Assembly (NCBI GenBank): GCA_043720495.1
Contig: JAYSSO010000010.1
Span: 1 to 49,373, forward strand
DNA length: 49,373 nucleotides
Direction of reading: 5' to 3'
From: Candidatus Lloydbacteria bacterium
GTDB taxonomy: Bacteria > Patescibacteriota > Minisyncoccia > Phycocordibacterales > UBA6899
A program made the translations under genes and the position numbers. This document shows positions 1 to 7,712 of this stretch, piece by piece; positions within the stretch are counted from its first letter, which is position 1, and every line of letters starts with the position of its first letter. The notes under the pieces were generated by a model, which was not told where the DNA came from, made no database searches, and saw nothing but the letters and a program-made list of their open reading frames with translations.

Positions 1-41
1 CGCTGCGGGATTGTGGAACTACCATTTGAGTTACGGGACAT

Positions 42-68
42 AAAAACACAACGTGGGGTGTGTTTTTT
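42..68 (+). terminator. Putative rho-independent terminator of an upstream off-window gene
   Basis: AAAAACACA (42-50) pairs with TGTGTTTTT (59-67), and the hairpin runs into a T-tract. Confidence 0.4.
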
Positions 69-165
69 AACGGGTGGGTCTTATTGGGGAGCAAGTCTAT
101 TGATATTTTTTATGAAAGGCAAAATAGGAGGTGTGTATGAAGAATGATATGTTGATATATAACTT

Positions 166-426
166 ATGAACAAATACCCACAACAACCTGATGAAGTCAT
201 AGACCTTCATGGGTTTCGCGTTGTTGATGTGGAAGATATTTTAGAGGATATTCTGAAGGGAGGCGTGTCGACACACGTACGCTTGATTGTTGGAAAGGGG
301 ATTCATAGTAAGGGTGGTCCGGTCATCCGTGACTTTGTGAAACGGTACCTCGACGCACGAAATATAGCGTATAAAAGTGCGAAATTTAGTGATGGTGGCG
401 ACGGCGCACTCGAAGTGTTCTTTTAG
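166..426 (+). CDS. Smr (small MutS-related) domain protein
   Basis: 86 aa. The 'VIDLHGFRV...ILE...RLIVGKGIHSKGGPVIRDFVKRYL' pattern is typical of stand-alone Smr domains (DLHG, GKG.HS). Confidence 0.7.
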   Translation: MNKYPQQPDEVIDLHGFRVVDVEDILEDILKGGVSTHVRLIVGKGIHSKGGPVIRDFVKRYLDARNIAYKSAKFSDGGDGALEVFF

Positions 427-494
427 TTCTTTCATTAGGAGCCCTAGGATTTTTGCTTGAGGCATTTCACAATACAAGCTATCATTCATGTGTA

Positions 495-820
495 ATGAAG
501 AAACAGAAGGTCAAAAATGGTGTCGTCATTTACCAAGCGAAGAATGGGGCAATTGAGCTCAAGGGTGATTTTTCGCATGAGACGGTTTGGGCCACTGTTG
601 CAAAAAATGCAACAGTTCAAATCGAGGGTGGACGCTCGGTGGAGCGCATTATCGAGTACTATAATCTCGATGCAATCATTTCAGTTGGCTGCAGAGTAAA
701 CTCAAAGATGGCCACTCAATTTCGCCAATGAGCGACGAAAACAATCCACGGGTATATTCTCGATGGCTTTGTGGTAAACAAGAGTAGAATCACAAAAAAC
801 TATGAGCAATTTCTTGCGAC
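495..820 (+). pseudogene. Decayed RhuM-family (virulence/Fic-associated) gene fragment
   Basis: 'VVIYQAKNGAIELKG..ETVWAT...IEYYNLDAIISVGCRVNSKMATQFRQ*ATKTIHGYILDGFVV' matches the conserved RhuM N-terminal region. There is an in-frame TGA (729-731) at the conserved Trp of the RQW-AT motif. The HTH segment appears deleted internally, and the C-terminal ~200 aa are missing. Confidence 0.55.
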
Positions 821-850
821 AGTCCCTATTTTTATTTTTACAAAAAAAAT

Positions 851-1738
851 ATGCTCAGGAAAAATATAATAATCATTACAGTTACAGTGTTTGCGTCAAT
901 GATCCTTGGCGCATACGCTACCTGGTACACATATAGTCGACAGGTAAAGATTGCTCAGGTTGAGAAATGTGACTACAAAATGGAGCATCCAGAACCGCCT
1001 ACAACGTACCTGGATCCAGATGGAAATGTTGTGTCGGTTATGATTACTGAACCATGCCTCATAATTCCCATACCGCCATCACTGTGGGATCTCTTACGTG
1101 GTCGCATTGCATTCGAAGGCGCACTGAGTGGATTGGAAGTGAATCCGTACTCGCTAAAAGACATCCTATTTGGCAATTACACGCTTGGCCCAGCTAGGAA
1201 CATGCCATGTGACCAATCTGCAACGACGACCCCTTGCGCAACACTCGAAGCGCTCAGAGCCGGAGAGCCCTCCATGCCCGCACCATACATTTCATTCAGT
1301 GTCGTCTATCCGATATCAGAATTGACATCAGCAACCGACACATCCGTTACGCTTTCCGGATTTATCTTCCAGCTTCCATCTGGGTGGCATGGGGAAGTGT
1401 ATGAGAAAAGCAACTTCGGTGGTGTTCACGCCCTCATGCAAAGCGAATCAAGCGATCGCGGTTTTACCATCGATTGTCCTCCTGACGGCAAGGACTTAGA
1501 GTCGGCGACACGACTATCGAGTGAGGAACGAACATTTACTAAAAATTCCACAACTTATTCAACCGCTCTTGAAGAATGGGCTGCACCCAGAAACGATCCG
1601 CAGTATTTCGTCTGGATTAGAACGCATGAGTCGAGTGACATTTCAAATCATGCGCCTAGCACCGTCTGCCTCGCACAGGGAAGTGCGACCTCAGATATTA
1701 AGAACGCCATGAGCATGTTCTACAAAACGGTGATGTAG
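851..1738 (+). CDS. Hypothetical protein with an N-terminal TM anchor and a Cys-containing extracytoplasmic domain
   Basis: 295-aa ORF with a hydrophobic N-terminus (IIIITVTVFASMILGAYATWY). No recognisable catalytic motif. Confidence 0.6.
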   Translation: MLRKNIIIITVTVFASMILGAYATWYTYSRQVKIAQVEKCDYKMEHPEPPTTYLDPDGNVVSVMITEPCLIIPIPPSLWDLLRGRIAFEGALSGLEVNPYSLKDILFGNYTLGPARNMPCDQSATTTPCATLEALRAGEPSMPAPYISFSVVYPISELTSATDTSVTLSGFIFQLPSGWHGEVYEKSNFGGVHALMQSESSDRGFTIDCPPDGKDLESATRLSSEERTFTKNSTTYSTALEEWAAPRNDPQYFVWIRTHESSDISNHAPSTVCLAQGSATSDIKNAMSMFYKTVM

Positions 1739-1743
1739 GAATT

Positions 1744-1771
1744 TTGAAATTTAAGCTATTTAAGCTAGTAT
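1744..1771 (+). promoter_or_regulatory. Sigma70-type promoter of ychF (leaderless geometry)
   Basis: TTGAAA (1744-1749), 16-nt spacer, TAGTAT (1766-1771). The ATG at 1779 lies 7 nt after the -10. Confidence 0.5.
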
Positions 1772-1778
1772 TCCTATA

Positions 1779-2876
1779 ATGTCACTATCCGTAGGAATTG
1801 TGGGTCTACCGAATGTGGGGAAATCGACGCTGTTTAAGGCGCTTACCAAAAAGGCTGTGCTTATTGCAAATTATCCATTTGCGACGATTGATCCATCGGT
1901 CGGGGTGGTTGAAGTTCCGGATGAGCGCCTCGGCAAGCTGTCCTCGTTTTCTCATTCAAAAAAAACAGTGCCCGCCATTGTGGAGTTTGTGGACATTGCC
2001 GGACTGGTGAAAGGTGCATCGGAGGGAGAAGGTTTGGGGAATAAATTTCTTGCAAATATTCGCGAGACTGATGCAATTGGCGAGGTGGTGCGCATCTTTG
2101 ACGATTCAGACGTTATCCACGTCGATGGCAAAATAGACCCACTTTCAGATGTGACCACCATCAATCTTGAGCTCGTCATTGCGGATTTGCAGACAGTGAC
2201 AAAGCGCTTGGAAAATATCGGAAAGGATGTGAAGCGAGGTGATAAGGTGGCGATAAGGGAGCACGAGGTGCTCACGCCCATAAAGGCGCTACTCGAGAGT
2301 GGCGAAATGGCAAACAAGGCGAAACTTGATGTTGATGAAGTGCCAATAGTGAAAGCACTTAATCTCCTCACACTAAAGCCGGTACTCTATATTTTGAACA
2401 AAAAAGCAGGAGCAAAAAATCTAGATGAAACGAATGATGAGCGCTATCAAAAACTTCTCGCATATTTTGCGGAACGGGGCGACCAATATGTAGTCGTAGA
2501 TGCAAAAATTGAAGAAGAGTTGAGTGAATTTGACGGAGAAGAAAAAAAGATGTTTGCCACTGAGCTTGGAGTCATCGCAGACGGCGTGGACGAACTTATC
2601 GTGGCTGCATACAAACTACTGGGACTCATGACCTACTTCACGACAGGAGAGGACGAGACTCGAGCATGGACAATAAAGAAAGATTCAACTGCTCCAGTTG
2701 CGGGTATGGCGATACACACAGATTTTAAAGAAAAATTTATTCGCGCGGAAATCGTAGAGTGGCAAGCATTGCTGGATGCGGGCTCTTATGGGGTGGCGCG
2801 CGAGAAGGGATTGGTGAAGACGGAGGGGAAGGAGTATATAGTCAAAGATGGCGACGTCATCGAGTTTAAGATTTAA
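1779..2876 (+). CDS. ychF: Ribosome-binding ATPase YchF (Obg-family GTPase/ATPase)
   Basis: 365 aa. 'GIVGLPNVGKSTLFKALT' P-loop, a 'DIAGLVKGASEGEGLGNKFL' switch, and a C-terminal TGS-like 'KDGDVIEFKI'. Confidence 0.95.
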   Translation: MSLSVGIVGLPNVGKSTLFKALTKKAVLIANYPFATIDPSVGVVEVPDERLGKLSSFSHSKKTVPAIVEFVDIAGLVKGASEGEGLGNKFLANIRETDAIGEVVRIFDDSDVIHVDGKIDPLSDVTTINLELVIADLQTVTKRLENIGKDVKRGDKVAIREHEVLTPIKALLESGEMANKAKLDVDEVPIVKALNLLTLKPVLYILNKKAGAKNLDETNDERYQKLLAYFAERGDQYVVVDAKIEEELSEFDGEEKKMFATELGVIADGVDELIVAAYKLLGLMTYFTTGEDETRAWTIKKDSTAPVAGMAIHTDFKEKFIRAEIVEWQALLDAGSYGVAREKGLVKTEGKEYIVKDGDVIEFKI

Positions 2877-2902
2877 GATCACCACATCTACTTTGTCGCT
2901 AC

Positions 2903-2954
2903 GAAACTTTCTGAAGCAGACGTACTCACGTGTACGTCAGCTTCAGAAAGTTTC
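2903..2954. repeat. Long imperfect inverted repeat (23-bp arms, one mismatch, 6-nt loop) between convergent genes
   Basis: GAAACTTTCTGAAGCAGACGTAC (2903-2925) and GTACGTCAGCTTCAGAAAGTTTC (2932-2954). No flanking T-tract. Confidence 0.7.
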
Positions 2955-3015
2955 TAGGCTTCGCGTGTCTGTGGCAATCTTAAACCTTAAACGAGTTTAA
3001 AACCTTACAATACAA

Positions 3016-3054
3016 TTTTTTTTATATAAAAAGCGAGGCCCCCGAATGGGGGCC
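3016..3054 (-). terminator. Rho-independent terminator of the minus-strand small-protein operon
   Basis: GGCCCCC (3037-3043) pairs with GGGGGCC (3048-3054). On the minus strand this is followed by TCGCTTTTTATATAAAAAAAA. Confidence 0.7.
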
Positions 3055-3073
3055 ACTGTGTTGACCGTGGGTG

Positions 3074-3283
3074 TTACTGCTTGTGCAAGTCACGCCACGC
3101 GATATAGAAAAAGATCATTGCCGAGATCATTGAGAGGTACAGGTACCAACGGTACTCTGTCCAGAGTGTGTATCCGACCCATCCCAGTAGTGCGAAGGAG
3201 CAGATGAGGATAATGACGCGAAGCAAGAGGGCGCCGAGTGTCCCATGACGAATTGCGTAGGTGATGCTGGTTATGGTGCTCAT
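3074..3283 (-). CDS. Small membrane protein (2 predicted TM helices)
   Basis: 69 aa with two hydrophobic stretches. An AAGGA SD lies 7 nt upstream and a terminator lies downstream. Confidence 0.6.
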   Translation of the reverse strand: MSTITSITYAIRHGTLGALLLRVIILICSFALLGWVGYTLWTEYRWYLYLSMISAMIFFYIAWRDLHKQ

Positions 3284-3292
3284 AGTCGGTCC

Positions 3293-3472
3293 TTAGTTGA
3301 AGTGATTTGACTTCTCTGCGAGTCGCCGTGCGTAAGCGCCCCACTCGGTTTCGCGTTTCGGGTCAGGACTGACGGCGAGCTTTTGGAGCCCGCGGAGGGA
3401 GTTGATGCGCAGTGCGATGCAAGCTAGCATCATTGTGAGCGCCAATTGCACAAAAAAGAATTCGAAATTCAT
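3293..3472 (-). CDS. Small membrane protein (59 aa, 1 TM), first gene of a two-gene operon
   Basis: Hand-translated, below the track threshold: MNFEFFFVQLALTMMLACIALRINSLRGLQKLAVSPDPKRETEWGAYARRLAEKSNHFN. An AAGGA sits upstream. Its stop lies 9 nt before the next ATG. Confidence 0.45.
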   Translation of the reverse strand: MNFEFFFVQLALTMMLACIALRINSLRGLQKLAVSPDPKRETEWGAYARRLAEKSNHFN

Positions 3473-3580
3473 GTGTTGGTTCCTTGTGAATGTGCGAAAC
3501 TATTTAGAATTTTATCACGTTTAGCGATAAAAGTAAAGGTCCATTGCGGGTGCTCAAAATATCCCTTATTATAAGTATCT

Positions 3581-6421
3581 ATGCGGGAGTATAACCATAA
3601 AAAAATTGAGGAAAAGTGGCAAAAAGAGTGGGCTACGTCAGGGCTACACAAGGCAGAGACTGACTCTCAAAAGCCAAAGTGCTACGTGCTTGATGAGTTT
3701 CCGTACCCATCCGGTGATGGTTTACATACAGGGCATACGCGTATCTACACTGCAAGTGATATTTATGCTCGCCTGAAGCGCATGCAGGGCTTTAATGTAC
3801 TCCACCCCAGTGGTTGGGATGCATTTGGTCTTCCAGCGGAGCAATACGCTATAAAGAATCAGGTACACCCAAGCGACTCGGTCAAAAAAAATACGGACCG
3901 ATACAAAATGCAAATGAACCGCGTTGGTTTATCCTATGACTGGGACAGGGAAATAAATACTACCGACCCAGCTTTCTATAAATGGACACAATGGATATTT
4001 TTGAAACTCTTTGAGCGTGGTTTGGCATTTGAATCGTACGAACCTATCAACTGGTGTCCCTCCTGCCAGACTGGGCTTGCAAATGAAGACCTTGATGGCG
4101 ATGTGTGCGAGCGCTGTGGAACAAAGGTAGAAAAGAAGCCGATGCGTCAGTGGGTACTGCGCATCACTGCATATGCGGACCGTCTTATCGATGATCTGAA
4201 TTCACTTCCGGAGTGGCCAGATGCGGTGAAAGATGCACAACGAAACTGGATAGGGAAGAGTGCGGGTGCAGAGATAGAATTTTTGCTCACAGGGATTCCT
4301 GGACAACAGGACGGCTCCCACTCTGTGAAAGTTTTTACAACCCGACCCGACACACTTTTTGGAGTAACGTTCCTGGCTATTTCTCCAGAGCTAGGAAATA
4401 AATGGATTGATGCTGGATGGCAAGTTGAAAAAGACGTGCGAGCCTACATGTTGCTCACCCTCGAACGAAGGAAACAGGAAACCTACAAGGACAATCCAGA
4501 AAAGACTGGGATATTCACCGGGATATACGCAATCAATCCGGCGAATGACGAAAAAATTCCTGTCTGGGTGGTGAACTATGTGCTCGGGGATGTGGGCACG
4601 GGGGCTATTATGGCGGTGCCTGCACACGATGAGCGTGATAATGCTTTTGCAAAAAAATATGAGCTTCCCATTATTTCGGTTATTGAGCCTGTGACGGGTA
4701 CACCGCAAGTGAACCCCGAGATGCGAAAGAGTATCGTTGCGATTCTTAAAAATAAAGCAGGAGAGTTGCTCTCGCTCAACTGGCGCAGAGAGGGGGGGAA
4801 CCTCTTCGTGGGTGGTGGTCGCGAAAATGACGAGGACATCGTTGCGTGTGCCATTCGTGAGATAGAGGAGGAAACGGGCTACACCAACATCACCTGCATT
4901 GCACAGACCGGCGTAATTCATCACCAGTATTTTGCTCACTCCAAGGGTGTTGCGCGTAATATTGACGCACATGGACTGCTTTTTCTCCTTAATGATGAAA
5001 CAAGAACGGCAACTACGCTTGAGAAAAGCGAAGAAGGAAAATTTACTCTCGAATGGCTCGCAGAAAGTGTCGCACGGGAGCGTGTGAAAGATGAACTCCA
5101 CCAGACATGTTACCAGCTCCTTGTTAGAGAGCAGGTCTATGCTGGGGACGGCATACTCGCAAATTCTGGGCAGTTTACGGGCATGAACAATCGGGATGGA
5201 GTGAATGCAATCACCACGTTTGCAAAAGGAAAGTTGGTGAATACCTATAAACTGCGTGATTGGGTTTTTTCAAGACAGCGATATTGGGGTGAACCTATTC
5301 CCATCATTCATTGCGAAAAGGATGGCGCAGTGCCGGTACAAGAGAAAGACCTTCCTGTTCTGCTTCCTGAAGTAGATTCCTATGCTCCTACAGGCACTGG
5401 AGAGTCACCGCTCGCACTCATTACGGAGTGGGTGAATGTCATGTGCCCCGTCTGCAGTGGTCCGGCAAAACGAGAGACAAACACTATGCCGCAATGGGCT
5501 GGTTCTTCTTGGTACTACCTAAGGTTTATGGATCCGCACAATACCCAAGCACTCGTCGGTGTAGCTGAAGAAAAATATTGGTCGCCCGTGGATGTATATG
5601 TTGGGGGTTCAGAGCATGTCACGCGTCACCTCATCTACGCACGTTTTTGGCATAAGTTTCTCTATGACATTGGCGTCGCATCTACCAGTGAACCCTTCAA
5701 GCGTCGTCGGGGAGTCGGACTGGTGCTCGGAGAGGGAGGCGTGAAGATGAGTAAACGTTTAGGCAACGTGATTAACCCGGACGATGTGATTGATACATTT
5801 GGAGCTGACTCGCTCCGCGTGTATGAGATGTTCATGGGCCCGTTTGGGCAGGCGATACCTTGGTCTACGGACAACCTTATTGGTGCACGAAGGTTCATCG
5901 AGCGTATTTGGCGACTGAGTGAAAAAGTTGGTGACAGCGCGACAGTGGTGATGGTAGATAAAGAAACTGAACTCATGCACCATCAAACTATTAAAAAGGT
6001 GGGTGACGATATTGAGGGGTTTGCGTTTAATACTGCAGTTGCACAGCTGATGACCTATCTCAATCATCTAGAAAAACTTCCGTCCGTATCAAAAAAATCA
6101 TACGAAGAATTGCTGTGTCTGCTCGCGCCGTTCGCTCCTTTTGTTACTGAAGAACTGTGGCGAGCAATGGGCCATACTGAATCAATTCACGCATCTCCCT
6201 GGCCCACTTACGACAATACAAAAATGATTTCTGAGACAATCACTATCGGCATTCAAGTCAACGGAAAACTGCGCGACACGTTGATAATTGCACGAGACAC
6301 ACCTCCAGATGAGGTAAAAAAGCTCGCTTTGGAACGTGAGGCGGTGATGAAGTGGGTGGGGGATAGTACACCAAAGAAAGTCATTTATATTTCAGAAAAA
6401 ATAGTAAGTATCGTGTTGTAA
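3581..6421 (+). CDS. leuS: Leucyl-tRNA synthetase with an inserted NUDIX hydrolase domain
   Basis: 946 aa. It has the class I 'HTGH' (HIGH-type) and 'KMSKRLGN' (KMSKS) motifs. CP1 editing motifs 'TTRPDT' and 'GTGAIMAVPAHDERD' are present, as is 'LRDWVFSRQRYWGEPIP'. A ~135-aa NUDIX insert lies at nt ~4721-5131. Confidence 0.97.
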   Translation: MREYNHKKIEEKWQKEWATSGLHKAETDSQKPKCYVLDEFPYPSGDGLHTGHTRIYTASDIYARLKRMQGFNVLHPSGWDAFGLPAEQYAIKNQVHPSDSVKKNTDRYKMQMNRVGLSYDWDREINTTDPAFYKWTQWIFLKLFERGLAFESYEPINWCPSCQTGLANEDLDGDVCERCGTKVEKKPMRQWVLRITAYADRLIDDLNSLPEWPDAVKDAQRNWIGKSAGAEIEFLLTGIPGQQDGSHSVKVFTTRPDTLFGVTFLAISPELGNKWIDAGWQVEKDVRAYMLLTLERRKQETYKDNPEKTGIFTGIYAINPANDEKIPVWVVNYVLGDVGTGAIMAVPAHDERDNAFAKKYELPIISVIEPVTGTPQVNPEMRKSIVAILKNKAGELLSLNWRREGGNLFVGGGRENDEDIVACAIREIEEETGYTNITCIAQTGVIHHQYFAHSKGVARNIDAHGLLFLLNDETRTATTLEKSEEGKFTLEWLAESVARERVKDELHQTCYQLLVREQVYAGDGILANSGQFTGMNNRDGVNAITTFAKGKLVNTYKLRDWVFSRQRYWGEPIPIIHCEKDGAVPVQEKDLPVLLPEVDSYAPTGTGESPLALITEWVNVMCPVCSGPAKRETNTMPQWAGSSWYYLRFMDPHNTQALVGVAEEKYWSPVDVYVGGSEHVTRHLIYARFWHKFLYDIGVASTSEPFKRRRGVGLVLGEGGVKMSKRLGNVINPDDVIDTFGADSLRVYEMFMGPFGQAIPWSTDNLIGARRFIERIWRLSEKVGDSATVVMVDKETELMHHQTIKKVGDDIEGFAFNTAVAQLMTYLNHLEKLPSVSKKSYEELLCLLAPFAPFVTEELWRAMGHTESIHASPWPTYDNTKMISETITIGIQVNGKLRDTLIIARDTPPDEVKKLALEREAVMKWVGDSTPKKVIYISEKIVSIVL

Positions 6422-6441
6422 TTTTATAGTGCTCAAAAAAA

Positions 6442-6463
6442 CCTTAAAACATAAGGCTTTTTT
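6442..6463 (+). terminator. Weak hairpin plus T6 after leuS
   Basis: CCTTA (6442-6446) pairs with TAAGG (6452-6456), followed by CTTTTTT. Confidence 0.4.
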
Positions 6464-6595
6464 CAGAGTTTTTATTGTGCTTGAAAACGCTTGACAATAT
6501 TTCGTGAGGTGCTAAAACTATAACTATCTACGTATCGGGAGGCAAGGTGTCAATATCTTGTGAGTCATTATTATTCTTTTCGAATCAATCACATT

Positions 6596-7630
6596 ATGAG
6601 CAACGTCAGCATATCATTCAAACCAAAGTTGGTAACAAAGCATTTTCTTTCTGTGCTACCGCGACGTGCGCAAGATGTGCTCACAAAGCGTTACGGGCTT
6701 GGTACTGAAACCAAAAAAATGACCCTTGAGGCAATAGGTGAAAACTATGGCATCACTCGCGAGCGCGTCCGTCAGATTGAGAATTTTGCGCTTACGACAA
6801 TTCGCAAGTCAGATGCGTTCAAGGAGGAACTCCCTGTGTTCGAAGAACTCCGCAAATGTATGCTCTCAATGGGAGCCATTGTCCCGGAGACGACATTTCT
6901 CGCTGGTGTCTCTACTGAAAAGGCACTCCAAAATCACATTCACTTTCTGCTCGTCTTGGGTGACCTATTTACCAAACACAAGGAAGATGACGAGTATGCT
7001 CATCGCTGGACTACCGACCCTGAAGTTGCAGAGTTGGTACACGCATCACTCCGCAAGCTCTATGAGTCTATTTCTGACCAGGACTTGATCGAAGAGTCAA
7101 AAATGATCGAGCGGTTCCTTAATCACCTTAAGGAGGTGTCAGAAGACTATAAAAATGAGGAAATTCTTAAGCGGTGGCTCTCTCTTTCTAAGAAGCTTGG
7201 CAAGAACCCTCTTGGCGAATGGGGAATGGCTTCGTCACCAAATGTGTCCGCACGAGGAGTTCGTGATTATGCGTTTCTTGTGCTCCGCAAACATGGTTCA
7301 CCAATGCACTTCACTGAAGTGGCAAAGGCCATCAGTTCACATTTTGACAAGCGTGCACATGTTGCCACCACGCACAATGAGCTCATCAAAGACAAGCGTT
7401 TTGTCCTTGTGGGACGGGGACTCTACGCACTCTCGGAGTGGGGATACTCTACCGGAGTGGTGCGCGACGTTATCGGAGAAATCATTAAAAAGAGTGGACC
7501 ACTTTCGAAGGAAGAAATTGTCGACAAGGTGATGCGTGAGCGCTATGTAAAGCCGAACACGATATTGGTCAACCTTCAGAACCCTAAGTATTTCAAAAAG
7601 AGTAAGGACAGTAAGTACTCGCTCGCATAG
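6596..7630 (+). CDS. Sigma-70 region-4 HTH plus HARE-HTH domain protein (no sigma region 2)
   Basis: 'LPRRAQDVLTKRYGLG..MTLEAIGENYGITRERVRQIENFALTTIRK' is sigma70 region 4. The C-terminal 'MHFTEVAKAIS...HNELIKDKRFVLVGRGLYALSEWGY' is HARE-HTH (RpoE-delta-like). I prefer the ATG at 6596 over the GTG at 6560 because of the N-terminal length. Confidence 0.75.
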   Translation: MSNVSISFKPKLVTKHFLSVLPRRAQDVLTKRYGLGTETKKMTLEAIGENYGITRERVRQIENFALTTIRKSDAFKEELPVFEELRKCMLSMGAIVPETTFLAGVSTEKALQNHIHFLLVLGDLFTKHKEDDEYAHRWTTDPEVAELVHASLRKLYESISDQDLIEESKMIERFLNHLKEVSEDYKNEEILKRWLSLSKKLGKNPLGEWGMASSPNVSARGVRDYAFLVLRKHGSPMHFTEVAKAISSHFDKRAHVATTHNELIKDKRFVLVGRGLYALSEWGYSTGVVRDVIGEIIKKSGPLSKEEIVDKVMRERYVKPNTILVNLQNPKYFKKSKDSKYSLA

Positions 7631-7654
7631 AGCCCGTACCACGCTCCACACAAT

Positions 7655-7675
7655 GCGCCCAAGGGGGCGCTTTTT
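7655..7675 (+). terminator. Rho-independent terminator
   Basis: GCGCCC (7655-7660), loop AAGG, GGGCGC (7665-7670), then TTTTT. Confidence 0.75.
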
Positions 7676-7712
7676 GTTTATATTTTGGAGTGAATAGGCT
7701 ATACTTCAAAGT

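Noticed and set aside
729-731. TGA at a conserved Trp position as evidence for genetic code 4/25 (UGA reassignment)
   Set aside because: TGA clearly terminates well-delimited genes in this window. Examples are mltG at 9947-9949, the 7713 ORF and the NUDIX gene in ATGA overlaps, and the CDF gene ending TGA. The conserved proteins examined by eye showed no in-frame TGA. The RhuM locus is also internally deleted and truncated, so a pseudogene is the better explanation.
3473-3580. Possible T-box leader upstream of leuS (and 21613-21666 upstream of alaS)
   Set aside because: The intergenic regions are only ~108 and ~54 nt, with -10 boxes abutting the start codons. That is too short for a T-box, and no specifier or T-box sequence was seen.
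4391-5101. 236-aa ORF antisense to leuS, coinciding with the editing/NUDIX region
   Set aside because: Its translation is Cys/His/Arg/Phe-rich with no motifs. It lies wholly inside a gene whose sense frame has unambiguous LeuRS and NUDIX motifs. There are no promoter or RBS features. It is most likely a stop-free antisense frame.
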